A DNA stretch of 64,000 nucleotides from positions 2,272-66,271 of the forward strand of contig CAZKBT010000008.1 in the NCBI GenBank assembly GCA_964551305.1, written 5' to 3'. A program made the translations under genes and the position numbers. A model generated the notes under the pieces. It saw nothing but the letters and a program-made list of their open reading frames with translations. It was not told the origin of the DNA and searched no databases. The stretch's first letter is position 1. Every line of letters begins with the position of its first letter. Of this stretch, positions 11,005 to 20,933 are shown piece after piece. This stretch comes from an uncultured Burkholderiaceae bacterium. GTDB taxonomy: Bacteria; Pseudomonadota; Gammaproteobacteria; Burkholderiales; Burkholderiaceae_B.

Positions 11005-13899
11005 TTAGTCTCCAAGCACGATATTCCAAAGTTCGCGGACCGCTTCGCGCTCTTCGCGCATTTGATCGGGCGGCACGCGGGCTTTTTCGGCGCCTTGCAG
11101 GCGCAGTGCGTGCTGGCGCTTGCGAAGCCCGCGATAGGCATCGCCGACCTGGCGCGCCAGGTTGGTGGGAATCAGGCCGTGTTGCGCGGCCAGCCCCAGC
11201 AGAGCGATGTTTCCCAGATTGCCCAGCAGCGCGGGATGATTTCTGGCTTGCGACAGTACCAGGTATTGCGTGATGAACTCGATGTCCACCATGCCGCCGC
11301 TATCGTGCTTCAGGTCGAAGTCAGCGCTGCGGTTGGGGTGGCCCGCGCGAATTTTCTCACGCATGGCTTTGACGTTGTTTTTCAGCGCTTCATTGTCGCG
11401 CTCCATCAGGATGACGTTCTTTCTTATCTCTTCGAACCGGGCTCCGATGGCGGCATCGCCCGCGACGAACCGGGCGCGGGTGATCGCCTGGTGCTCCCAG
11501 GCCCATGCCTGCTCCGTCTGATACTTGGCAAAGGCGTCGATGGAGACGGCCAGCAGGCCCGCGTCGCCATCGGGCCGCAAGCGCAGGTCGATTTCGTAAA
11601 GCCTGCCCGAGGACGTCATGGTGGATAGCCAGGAAGCCATCCGCCTGCCCAGCTTGGTATAGCGTTCGCTTGCCTCGTCGTCGGGGTCATCGTACAGAAA
11701 GACCAGATCCAGATCCGAGGCGTAGCCGATTTCCTTGCCGCCCAGCTTGCCGTAGGCGATCACCGCAAAGCGGGGTGGCGCGAGCGGCGACTCGCCGTTC
11801 TGCGGGGGCGCATCGGAGACGGGGGTGTCGGAAAACGGCTCCGCGGGTTCCAGTCCTATATGCGGCTGTCCTTCCAGGGCGGCCAGCCGGGTTGTCGGGG
11901 CTGTTTTGCGCTTGGGCTGCACCAGGGGCCAGACGCGCTGGATGGTTTGTTCCAGCAACATGTCCGCCAGGCAGGAAAGCTGGTCCGCCAACTGCTCGAC
12001 GCTCAGCACGCCCTCAAGATCCTGGGCCAGCAGCTGAAAGGTGACTTGATGCTGGACGTCGCGCATCAGGTTCATCTGCTGTTCCACGTCGGGTAGGCCG
12101 TTGGGCAGCAGGCAGGCGTCCAGCTCGCTGCTCATTTGTTGGGCGATCTGCTCGAAGTTGATCGGTTCCAGCAGGGTGCGCCATTCGATCAGGCCGTCCA
12201 GCAGCAGGGGGTAGCGATTGAGGTATTGGGACGCCCAGGGGCTGGCGCCGATCAGGCGCGCGACGCGCGCCAGGGTTTCCGGATATTCGGCAAGCAGGGC
12301 GAGGTAGGCGCTGCGCGGCGCGATCTGCTCCACCAGTTCCAACAGGCGCATGGTGGTCGTGTGGGGGTTGTCGGTTTTGCCGGCGGTATCGACGATGGCC
12401 GGCAGCAGGCGCTCGAGCCGCCTGCGGCTGGTCGCGGGCAAGCTGCGTATGCGATGGCTGTCCAGCATGGTTTCGATGCGCTCGTTGATCGCGGCGGCAT
12501 GCTCGCCCAGACACTCCTGCGCCTGTTCGGCCAGGCTGCGCCGGGGCGCCTGAGCGGCGGGTTCATCGCGCGCTTGATCGAAATCCCCCATGCCGGCGAT
12601 GCGAAACGCGTTGCGAAACGTTTGCGACACGAATTCCCGGTGCGCCTGCAGCGTTGCTTCGAAGTCGCCGGGCGGCATGCCCATGGCGTGGGCCAGCTCG
12701 TCGCGCAGGGCCGGATCGTGAGGAAGGAGATGGGTCTGCTCGTCTTCGCGGTATTGCAGGAAATGCTCCACACGGCGCAAAAAGAGATAGGCGGCTTCCA
12801 GCGGATCGGCCAGAGAGCCGGACAGCACGCCGGCCCTTTTCTGCTTGTGCAGGGCGGACAACAGGGCGCGCTGTTGCAGCGAGGGCATGCGCCCGCCTCG
12901 GATCAATTGATTCAGCTGCACGACGAACTCGATTTCCCGTATGCCGCCGTCGCCGAGCTTGATGTTGTGGGTCGTGTCGATGCCGTTGCGCGCCAGCGCC
13001 CGGCGCTGCCAGTCCTGGCGTATGCGCTCGCGCAAGCCGCGCAGGGCGGACAAGGTGTCGAAATCGAAATACTTGCGATAGACGAAAGGCAGACGCAGGC
13101 TTTCGAGCTCTTTGCGCTGCTGTCCGGCATCGCTGTCCGGAAAGGCCTGGCAGGCTATGATGCGGCCTTTCAGCCAGGCGTAGCGCTCCCATTCCCGTCC
13201 TTGCGCGATCAGGTAATTTTCCAGCGCGTCCAGGCTCCACGCGAGCGGGCCGGCGTCGCCGTCGGGCCGCAGGCGCAGATCGGTGCGGAATACCTGTCCA
13301 TGCGTGTCGATGTCCGAAAGAATGGGCATCATGCGCTGGGTGACGCGTCCGTAGAACTCATGGTAGCTGATGGCGCGGCGTCCGGTCGTTTCGCCTTCTT
13401 CGCCGTAGAGCATGATCAGGTCGATGTCGGACGAGACGTTCAGCTCCTTGCCGCCCAGCTTGCCCATGCCGATAATGATCATTTCCTGCGGTTTGCCGGT
13501 CTGTGGATCCAGCGGCGTTCCGTGCACCAGCGCCAATTGCGTCGCCACGCAACGGTAGGCTTGCGACACCGCGAGATCCGCCAGGAAGGACATGGCGCCG
13601 ACGACTTCGCGAAACGGCGCCAGCCCAGATACGTCGCGCAGCATGAGCGTGTAGAACACGCGTTCGCGCAGGCGGCGCAGTATCTGGCGCGCCGCCTGCG
13701 CGGGGTCGTCCTGCCTGCCCGCTATGTCGGTGGTCAGTTCCGTCAGCCATTGGACGATGGTCTGGCGGGTCACCGGCTGTTCGGCGGCTCGGACCAGCCA
13801 TTGTCCGAAGCCGGCGTCGACGTCGACCTTGCGGCGCAGGGCGCCGGACCAGCGTAGCGCGGGGGTGAGGGTAACGGCTTGCGGCATGATGCTCGACAC
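11005..13899 (-). CDS. glnE: bifunctional glutamine synthetase adenylyltransferase/adenylyl-removing enzyme
   Basis: 964 aa with two nucleotidyltransferase halves, each carrying GKLGGxELxxxSDIDL ([37 protein letters not shown]). Confidence 0.95.
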   Translation of the reverse strand: MSSIMPQAVTLTPALRWSGALRRKVDVDAGFGQWLVRAAEQPVTRQTIVQWLTELTTDIAGRQDDPAQAARQILRRLRERVFYTLMLRDVSGLAPFREVVGAMSFLADLAVSQAYRCVATQLALVHGTPLDPQTGKPQEMIIIGMGKLGGKELNVSSDIDLIMLYGEEGETTGRRAISYHEFYGRVTQRMMPILSDIDTHGQVFRTDLRLRPDGDAGPLAWSLDALENYLIAQGREWERYAWLKGRIIACQAFPDSDAGQQRKELESLRLPFVYRKYFDFDTLSALRGLRERIRQDWQRRALARNGIDTTHNIKLGDGGIREIEFVVQLNQLIRGGRMPSLQQRALLSALHKQKRAGVLSGSLADPLEAAYLFLRRVEHFLQYREDEQTHLLPHDPALRDELAHAMGMPPGDFEATLQAHREFVSQTFRNAFRIAGMGDFDQARDEPAAQAPRRSLAEQAQECLGEHAAAINERIETMLDSHRIRSLPATSRRRLERLLPAIVDTAGKTDNPHTTTMRLLELVEQIAPRSAYLALLAEYPETLARVARLIGASPWASQYLNRYPLLLDGLIEWRTLLEPINFEQIAQQMSSELDACLLPNGLPDVEQQMNLMRDVQHQVTFQLLAQDLEGVLSVEQLADQLSCLADMLLEQTIQRVWPLVQPKRKTAPTTRLAALEGQPHIGLEPAEPFSDTPVSDAPPQNGESPLAPPRFAVIAYGKLGGKEIGYASDLDLVFLYDDPDDEASERYTKLGRRMASWLSTMTSSGRLYEIDLRLRPDGDAGLLAVSIDAFAKYQTEQAWAWEHQAITRARFVAGDAAIGARFEEIRKNVILMERDNEALKNNVKAMREKIRAGHPNRSADFDLKHDSGGMVDIEFITQYLVLSQARNHPALLGNLGNIALLGLAAQHGLIPTNLARQVGDAYRGLRKRQHALRLQGAEKARVPPDQMREEREAVRELWNIVLGD

Positions 13900-13995
13900 G
13901 AAAAAGGTGAGTGCCGCGGGGCGTGCGCGGCATGAGAGGGGACGGGTTGCTGCTTACCGTTTATATTACTGTTCCAGGCCTGTTAAATTCAAATA

Positions 13996-16900
13996 GTGTT
14001 GTCGACCTTGTATTCCTTATTCCGCGTGTTGGGCAAAATCCTGCTGGCAGCGTATTTCGTGCTTGCCCTGGCGTTTCTCGGCCTGCGTTACGCGGTCCTG
14101 CCCAATATCGATACCTGGCGCGATCAGATCGCGGCCCAGGCATCGACCCTGCTCGGCACGCAGGTCCAGATAGGCGAAGTCAGCGCGCAATGGAAAGGAT
14201 TGCATCCCAGGGTGGCGTTGACCGATGTGACGCTGTCCGAGCGGCAAGGCGATCAGGTGCTGCGCCTGCCCGATGTCCAGGCCGTCATCAGTTGGCGCAG
14301 CTTGCTGGATCTGGCGCCCAGCTTCGCCAGACTGGACATATCGGGCCTGGAGTTGTCGATGCGGCGCGACGGCGCCAACCGCTTGTGGATCCTGGGCAAA
14401 CCGTATCGGCTGGATGCGAAGGACGATGAGCCGATACTGGATGACCAGGCCATCGAGTGGCTGCTGTCCAACCGGCAAGTCACGTTGCGCGGAGGGGTCT
14501 TGAGCTGGACCGACGAGCGGCGCTCGGCGCCCGATCTGGTGCTGCGCGACGTGGATCTGGTCCTGCAAAACGACGGCAAGCGGCATGCCTTATCCCTATC
14601 GGCCGACTTGCCCGCGGCGCTGGGCAGCAGGATGCAGCTGTCGGGGCGGTTTCATTTCGGCGCCGGCGCGGCGCACCGGCGCCTGGCATGGGACGAGCTT
14701 GGCGGCGAGCTCTATCTGGATATCCAGGACATGCGGCCTTTGGGTTGGCAGCCTTGGGTGGATCAGCCGCAGAATCTGGCGTCGGGCCAGGTATCGGCGC
14801 GCGCCTGGCTGGGCGTGCGCGAGGGGAAGCCGGACGTGTTGATCTGGGACGCGAAGATCGGCGACGGCCATTGGGTTTTTGACGAACAGAACGAGATCAG
14901 GGCCGATTTTCTACATTTTTACTCGAAAGGATCATGGGCCGCCTATCGCCAGGTATTCGACCGGGAGCTGCTGGCCGCCAAGCCCGACGATTTGGAAATC
15001 AGCATCCGCGCCCGCGACTGGCGGGGCGAGGCCAAAAGCGAATTCGCGCATGCATTGACATTCGATGGCATCGATTATCAAGGCGCCGCGCGGCGTCGCA
15101 TGAACGGCTTGCTCAGCGTGCGGGCTTCCCGGCTGGAGTTGGACAACGCCGATCTCCTGGCCGTCATGCGGGGCCTGTGGACACAGGCGGACGGCGATTC
15201 AGCGGGAACGCTGGATCTGGAGGGCAGTCTGATGCGAGGGCGGGCCGAGGCGATCGTCGATTACCTGCCTTTGACGGTGGACGAGGACGCCAGGCGGTGG
15301 ATGGCATCCGGAATCCTGGCCGGCGCCTTGAGCGATACGCGCTTCATGGTCAAGGGCGAGCTGGACCATTTTCCCTTTCAAGCCGAGCCGGACAAAGGAG
15401 ATTTCCTCTTGGAGGGGGCGTTCAAGGACGGCGTGATCGATTATGTTCCCGCCGAAAACGGAGAGCCAGGCTGGCCCAGGCTTGAGGCGTTGCGCGGCAG
15501 CGTGCGCCTGCACCGGGCCGATTTGCGCATCCAGGCGCCGCAGGGCCTGATGCGTCCGACGGCCGATCACGTCATAGACATAAAAGACGTGGCGGCGCGC
15601 ATCCCCGATATCGAGCAGGGCTCGGTGCTGACGGTGAGCGGCGCTACCCGGGCCAGGGGCGCGGACTACCTGGCGCTGGCGGCGCATAGTCCATTGGGCA
15701 AGCTGCTGGACGGCGCCTTGGACGAGGTCTCCGGCGCGGGCGACTGGCGCGTGCCGCTTACCCTGACCGTGCCGCTCTTCGACCCTGAAGCCACGACCGT
15801 CGAGGGCGAGGTCCAATTCCAGGGAGGAGACCTGCGCTTCATGCCCGGCATGCCGCTATTCGAGCACGTGCAAGGCAAATTGCACTTTACGCAAGCCGGC
15901 GTGCAGGCGCGGCAGGTGCGGGGCCGCCTGCTGGGGGGCGAGCTTGCCGTGTCGGGGGGGCTGGGCTCGGCGCAGCCCGGACTCACTTTGCGCGGCTCGG
16001 CGACCGCCGCCGCGTTGACCGAGTACGTGGGGTTGGCGGGCATGAAGCGCCTGCGGGGCCAGGCGCCTTACGTCGCGACGGTGCGGGGAGGCCTAGATGG
16101 TCCGGCCCACGTCGCCATCGCGAGTTCCTTACAGGGCATGGCGCTCGATCTGCCGCCGCCGTTCGGAAAGAGCGCGCCGGAGGCCTTGAAGGTGGAGGCG
16201 ACGTGGAAGTCGGATGAAAAACGCAAAGGCGACATGGTGCTGAACCTGGATGCGGGCCATGGGCTGGCTACCTTTCTGCGCAAACGCGACGACGGGCAGG
16301 CGCCGTACTTTCGCGCCGGGGCGATAGGCGTCGGACAGGCGCCATCGCTGCCGGAGCAGGGCTTGACGATCGATATCCTCTATCCCGAATTCGATGGGGA
16401 CGTCTGGAACGAGGTGGCCGACGAGTTTTCGCAGCCTCTGCGCGAAGGGGAACCGACGCCCTCGGTCTTTCCCGAGATCGGCCAGGTGCGCCTGCAGGCG
16501 GAAAAAGCCCGTATTTATGGCGTGCCGCTCGATCAACTCACGTATACGGCCAGCCGGCCCGGTCCTCAGCAGTGGCGCGTGGACATCAGCTCGTCGCAGA
16601 CGGCCGGCACCTTGTTCTGGCGCGAAGCCCAGGGACGGGTGGCGGGTCAGGTCGACGCCAAATTCGATCGCCTGGACCTGGGCCAGGATCCCAGTCTTAG
16701 CGAGGAAGAGAAAAGCGCTGTAAAGGAAACGGTGCCCACCGTGAGCGACGATTTCGATATTCCCGCCATCAATCTCTACGTCAAGCATTTTCGCTTGTAC
16801 GGCCATCATGTCGGCGAACTGTCCCTGGTCGGCATCAATCAGGCGCGAGGCGACGTGTGGAGCCTGGAGCAGGTCAAGCTGAGCAGCCCTCATGCGAATC

Positions 16901-17622
16901 TGACCGGGTCGGGCGCCTGGCGTTTGAGCGGCCCCCAAAGAGGGCTGTCCGTCAATGCCAACGTCCAGGTGCAAGACATGGGCGCCTACCTCGACCAGCT
17001 AGGTTATGGCGAGCTGATGCAGGGCGGCCAGGGCACGTTGCACGGCAATTTCCGATGGCGCAACCTGCCGTGGGAATACAGCAAGTCCGACTTGAGCGGG
17101 CACGTGATTCTGGAGCTGGACAAGGGGCGCTTCAGCAGCCTGGGCTCGCGCTCGGCCCGTTTGCTGGAGCTGCTGTCGCTGCAGTCCATACGGCGGCTGG
17201 CGACCCTGGATTTGAACGTCAGAGGCGTGACCAAGGAAGGGTTTCCGTTCGATACCTTGCGCGGCGATCTGCAGATCGATAAGGGCATACTGAGCACGCC
17301 GGGGTATCGGGTCAGCGGTCCGATAGGCACGATCGTCATCGACGGCAAGGCCAATTGGCTGGACGAGACACTGGATCTACGCGCGGCGGTGGCGCCGCAT
17401 CTGGACGCCAGCGGAGCGGCCGTCGCCGCGGGCATAGCCTTGAATCCCATCGTCGGCGTGGGCGCCTTCCTGGCCCAATGGCTGCTGCAAATGTCGTTGC
17501 GCGACGTCATGGCGGTCGAATACCGCATACATGGAACCTGGGACGATCCCGTACTGGAGGATGTGCCCGCCAAAAAAGAGGCCATGAGAGAGAGTCCCGG
17601 CACGCAGGACATCGCGCCGTAA
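13996..17622 (+). CDS. yhdP: YhdP family (AsmA-like) large envelope protein
   Basis: 1208 aa with an N-terminal TM anchor and a long beta-rich body. The C-terminal AsmA-2-like region ends ...YRIHGTWDDP. GTG start at 13996 is uncertain. Confidence 0.82.
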   Translation: MLSTLYSLFRVLGKILLAAYFVLALAFLGLRYAVLPNIDTWRDQIAAQASTLLGTQVQIGEVSAQWKGLHPRVALTDVTLSERQGDQVLRLPDVQAVISWRSLLDLAPSFARLDISGLELSMRRDGANRLWILGKPYRLDAKDDEPILDDQAIEWLLSNRQVTLRGGVLSWTDERRSAPDLVLRDVDLVLQNDGKRHALSLSADLPAALGSRMQLSGRFHFGAGAAHRRLAWDELGGELYLDIQDMRPLGWQPWVDQPQNLASGQVSARAWLGVREGKPDVLIWDAKIGDGHWVFDEQNEIRADFLHFYSKGSWAAYRQVFDRELLAAKPDDLEISIRARDWRGEAKSEFAHALTFDGIDYQGAARRRMNGLLSVRASRLELDNADLLAVMRGLWTQADGDSAGTLDLEGSLMRGRAEAIVDYLPLTVDEDARRWMASGILAGALSDTRFMVKGELDHFPFQAEPDKGDFLLEGAFKDGVIDYVPAENGEPGWPRLEALRGSVRLHRADLRIQAPQGLMRPTADHVIDIKDVAARIPDIEQGSVLTVSGATRARGADYLALAAHSPLGKLLDGALDEVSGAGDWRVPLTLTVPLFDPEATTVEGEVQFQGGDLRFMPGMPLFEHVQGKLHFTQAGVQARQVRGRLLGGELAVSGGLGSAQPGLTLRGSATAAALTEYVGLAGMKRLRGQAPYVATVRGGLDGPAHVAIASSLQGMALDLPPPFGKSAPEALKVEATWKSDEKRKGDMVLNLDAGHGLATFLRKRDDGQAPYFRAGAIGVGQAPSLPEQGLTIDILYPEFDGDVWNEVADEFSQPLREGEPTPSVFPEIGQVRLQAEKARIYGVPLDQLTYTASRPGPQQWRVDISSSQTAGTLFWREAQGRVAGQVDAKFDRLDLGQDPSLSEEEKSAVKETVPTVSDDFDIPAINLYVKHFRLYGHHVGELSLVGINQARGDVWSLEQVKLSSPHANLTGSGAWRLSGPQRGLSVNANVQVQDMGAYLDQLGYGELMQGGQGTLHGNFRWRNLPWEYSKSDLSGHVILELDKGRFSSLGSRSARLLELLSLQSIRRLATLDLNVRGVTKEGFPFDTLRGDLQIDKGILSTPGYRVSGPIGTIVIDGKANWLDETLDLRAAVAPHLDASGAAVAAGIALNPIVGVGAFLAQWLLQMSLRDVMAVEYRIHGTWDDPVLEDVPAKKEAMRESPGTQDIAP

Positions 17623-17639
17623 GAACGGGATCGGCAGGC

Positions 17640-17670
17640 AAAAAAAACCGCGCATGGGTTGCGCGGTTTT
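17640..17670. terminator. bidirectional intrinsic terminator between convergent yhdP and gdhA
   Basis: AAAAAAAA, stem CCGCGCA (17648-17654), loop, TGCGCGG (17660-17666), then TTTT. Confidence 0.75.
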
Positions 17671-17692
17671 ACACTGGGCAAGTGGTTGGTGT

Positions 17693-19033
17693 TCAGTAGA
17701 TGCCTTGCTGGAGCATGGCGTCCGCGACTTTGACGAAACCGGCGATATTGGCGCCATTGACATAGTTGACATAGTTACCTTGCTTTCCATGTATGACACA
17801 GTTCTCGTGAATGTTGCGCATGATGGCATGCAGCTTTGTATCGACTTGCTCGCGCGTCCAGTTCAGGCGTTGGGCGTTCTGGCTCATCTCCAGCCCTGAC
17901 ACGGCGACGCCGCCGGCGTTGCTGGCTTTGCCGGGCGCGTACAAAATATCCGCCTGGATGAACGCGTCGACCGCATCCAGCGACGTCGGCATGTTGGCGC
18001 CTTCGGCCACGCAGCGCACGCCGTTCTTGATCAGCATACGGGCGTCCTCGATTTCCAGCTCGTTCTGGGTCGCGCAGGGCAGGGCGACGTCCACGGGCAC
18101 GTGCCAGGGACGTTTACCGGGCTCGTACAGCAGGTTGAACTGCTTCGCGTAGGTTTCGACGCGCCCGCGCTCCTCGTTTTTCAGGCGTATGAGCGCATTC
18201 AGCTTTTCCTGCGTGAAGCCGGCCTTGTCCACGACCGCGCCATGCGAGTCCGAGACGGTGATGACCTTGGCGCCCAACTGCAGGCATTTCTGTATGGCGT
18301 ACTGGGCGACGTTGCCCGAGCCCGACACGGACACGGTCAATCCTTCGATGGACTGGTTCGCATGCTTGAGCATTTCTTCGGCGAAGTAGACCGTGCCGTA
18401 GCCGGTCGCCTCAGGGCGGATCAGGCTGCCGCCGTAGGACAGGCCTTTTCCCGTAAAGACGCTTGCCGACGAATTCGACAGTTTTTTCATCATGCCGGCC
18501 ATGAAGCCGACTTCGCGCGCGCCCACGCCGATGTCGCCGGCGGGAACGTCCGTATCCGGTCCCAGGTGTCGGTAAAGCTCGAGCACCAGCGCCTGGCAAA
18601 AGCGCATGACTTCGCCGTCCGACTTGCCTTTGGGGTCGAAGTCCGAGCCGCCTTTGCCGCCGCCCATCGGCAGCGTGGTGAGCGCGTTCTTGAAGGTCTG
18701 TTCGAAAGCCAAGAATTTGAGGATGGACAGATTGACGGAAGGGTGAAAGCGCATGCCGCCTTTGAACGGTCCGATCGCGGAACTGTGCTGGACGCGGTAG
18801 CCGCGATTGGTCTGGACCTCGCCCTGGTCGTCGACCCAGGAGATGCGGAACTGGATCACGCGCTCGGGTTCGACCAGGCGCTCGAGCAGGCCTTGCTGCC
18901 CGTAGCGGGGGTTTTGCTCGATGAAGGGCCAAAGGCTATGAATGACTTCTTTGACCGCCTGCATGAATTCAGGCTGATGGGGGTCGCGTGCTTGTATCCG
19001 GTTTAGAAACTGTTCAAGAGAAGAGGATGTCAT
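17693..19033 (-). CDS. gdhA: NADP-specific glutamate dehydrogenase
   Basis: 446 aa, collinear by eye with E. coli GdhA (GGMRFHPSVNLSILKFL, TLPMGGGKGGSDFDPKGKS, VSGSGNVAQYA). Confidence 0.96.
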   Translation of the reverse strand: MTSSSLEQFLNRIQARDPHQPEFMQAVKEVIHSLWPFIEQNPRYGQQGLLERLVEPERVIQFRISWVDDQGEVQTNRGYRVQHSSAIGPFKGGMRFHPSVNLSILKFLAFEQTFKNALTTLPMGGGKGGSDFDPKGKSDGEVMRFCQALVLELYRHLGPDTDVPAGDIGVGAREVGFMAGMMKKLSNSSASVFTGKGLSYGGSLIRPEATGYGTVYFAEEMLKHANQSIEGLTVSVSGSGNVAQYAIQKCLQLGAKVITVSDSHGAVVDKAGFTQEKLNALIRLKNEERGRVETYAKQFNLLYEPGKRPWHVPVDVALPCATQNELEIEDARMLIKNGVRCVAEGANMPTSLDAVDAFIQADILYAPGKASNAGGVAVSGLEMSQNAQRLNWTREQVDTKLHAIMRNIHENCVIHGKQGNYVNYVNGANIAGFVKVADAMLQQGIY

Positions 19034-19036
19034 CGT

Positions 19037-20293
19037 TTATTTTTTCATGAGTTCGAAAAATTCGGCGTTGGTCTTGGTCGCGCGAATCTTGTCCAGGATG
19101 AACTCCATCGATTGGACTTCATCCATGTCGTGTATGAATTTGCGCAGTACCCAGATTTTTTGCAGCAGATCGGGCTTGATGAGCAGCTCTTCGCGCCGCG
19201 TACCCGATTTGTTCAGATTGATGGCCGGATAGACCCGTTTTTCAGCCAGCCGGCGTTCGAGGTGTACCTCGGAGTTGCCGGTGCCTTTGAACTCTTCGTA
19301 GATGACTTCATCCATGCGGCTGCCTGTTTCGATCAGTGCCGTGCCGATGATGGTCAGGGAGCCGCCTTCCTCGATGTTGCGGGCGGCGCCAAAGAAACGT
19401 TTGGGGCGTTGCAGCGCATTCGCGTCCACGCCGCCCGTCAGTACCTTGCCGGAGGCGGGCACGACCGTGTTGTAGGCGCGCGCCAGGCGCGTGATGGAAT
19501 CGAGCAGGATGACGACGTCTTTCTTCAGTTCGACCAGGCGCTTTGCCTTCTCGATCACCATTTCCGCGACCTGCACGTGGCGGGTGGCCGGCTCGTCGAA
19601 AGTCGATGCGACGACTTCGCCGCGCACCGTGCGCTGCATTTCCGTGACTTCTTCGGGGCGTTCGTCCACGAGCAGGACGATGAGCACCGCATCGGGATAA
19701 TTGGTCGTGATGGCATGGGCGACGTGCTGCATCATGACCGTCTTCCCGGATTTCGGGCTGGCCACGATCAGGGCTCGCTGGCCCTTGCCCAGGGGGGCGA
19801 AAATATCCAGTATGCGCCCGGTGATGTTTTCCTCGCTCTTGATGTCGCGCTCGAGGATCATCGGTTTGTTCGGATGCAGCGGCGTCAAGTTCTCGAACAT
19901 GATGCGATGCTTGATCGCCTCGGGCTGCATGCCGTTGACTTTATCGACCTTGACCAGCGCGAAATAGCGTTCGCCGTCCTTGGGCGTGCGGACCTCGCCT
20001 TCGATCGAGTCGCCCGTATGCAAATTGAAACGCCGGATCTGCGAAGGCGATATGTAGATGTCGTCGGTGCTGGCCAGGTAGGACGTTTCCGGCGAACGCA
20101 GGAAGCCGAAACCGTCGGGCAGCACTTCCAGCACGCCGTCGCCGAATATCTGCTCGCCTTGCTTGGCGCGGCGTTTCATGATGGCAAACATGAGCTCTTG
20201 TTTGCGCAGACGGCTGGCGTTATCGATTTCCAGGGAGGCGGCAAGTTCGAGCAACTGCGAAACGTGCTGCGTTTTTAATTCATTGAGGTGCAT
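19037..20293 (-). CDS. rho: transcription termination factor Rho
   Basis: Start taken at MHLNELK. Has the Rho N-terminal and CSD-like domains plus a RecA-type ATPase (ASPKSGKT Walker A). Confidence 0.96.
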   Translation of the reverse strand: MHLNELKTQHVSQLLELAASLEIDNASRLRKQELMFAIMKRRAKQGEQIFGDGVLEVLPDGFGFLRSPETSYLASTDDIYISPSQIRRFNLHTGDSIEGEVRTPKDGERYFALVKVDKVNGMQPEAIKHRIMFENLTPLHPNKPMILERDIKSEENITGRILDIFAPLGKGQRALIVASPKSGKTVMMQHVAHAITTNYPDAVLIVLLVDERPEEVTEMQRTVRGEVVASTFDEPATRHVQVAEMVIEKAKRLVELKKDVVILLDSITRLARAYNTVVPASGKVLTGGVDANALQRPKRFFGAARNIEEGGSLTIIGTALIETGSRMDEVIYEEFKGTGNSEVHLERRLAEKRVYPAINLNKSGTRREELLIKPDLLQKIWVLRKFIHDMDEVQSMEFILDKIRATKTNAEFFELMKK

Positions 20294-20368
20294 GTGTGGA
20301 AATGGGAGGGGGTCAATGTGATGGTGGCGGGGCCAGAATAGCCCCGCGCGCAAAGGGCGGCGACAGGT

Positions 20369-20695
20369 TTATACGGCTTCATCCAGGAAGGCGTGCAGCT
20401 GGCCCTTGGACAAGGAGCCTACCTTGGTGGCGCTGGGCTTGCCGTTCTTGAAAAGCATCAACGTCGGGATGCCGCGTATGCCGTAGGCCGCGGCGGTGTC
20501 GCGGTTGTCGTCTACGTTGAGCTTGACGATCTTGACGCGGCCCGCGTAGCTGTTTGCGGCTTCTTCCAGGAGCGGGGCGATCGCCTTGCAGGGGCCGCAC
20601 CAGTCCGCCCAATAGTCGACGAGCACGGGCAGGTCGGATTTGAGAACGTCGGCATCGAAAGAGCCATCGCTTACGTGTTTAATGGATTCACTCAT
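20369..20695 (-). CDS. trxA: thioredoxin
   Basis: 108 aa with the WCGPC active site. Confidence 0.96.
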   Translation of the reverse strand: MSESIKHVSDGSFDADVLKSDLPVLVDYWADWCGPCKAIAPLLEEAANSYAGRVKIVKLNVDDNRDTAAAYGIRGIPTLMLFKNGKPSATKVGSLSKGQLHAFLDEAV

Positions 20696-20933
20696 GGTAA
20701 GAAGTTCGAAAATGGTGACGGGTAAGAGAAAATCTTACGGGAAGCAGGGTGCTGCTCGCGCGGTGCAAACGGCTGGTTTCCCCTGGGATTTTTGTCGATT
20801 TTTGACAAGCATACCATTGACGGAGGTGTTGCGCACAGCAAGCACCCGCGCTATTTTGTGGCCTGTCCGAGATGCCTTTGCGTGGACTACGTAAAATATC
20901 GGATTATTTTACTGTAGATTTTGGGGAAAACAA

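Noticed and set aside
17693-19033. gdhA as a horizontally acquired gene, based on lower GC.
   Set aside because: Hand counts of a few 60-nt lines (42-58 percent G+C) overlap with the neighbouring rho 3' end (about 53 percent). GdhA is highly conserved across Proteobacteria, so the evidence is insufficient without genome-wide composition statistics.
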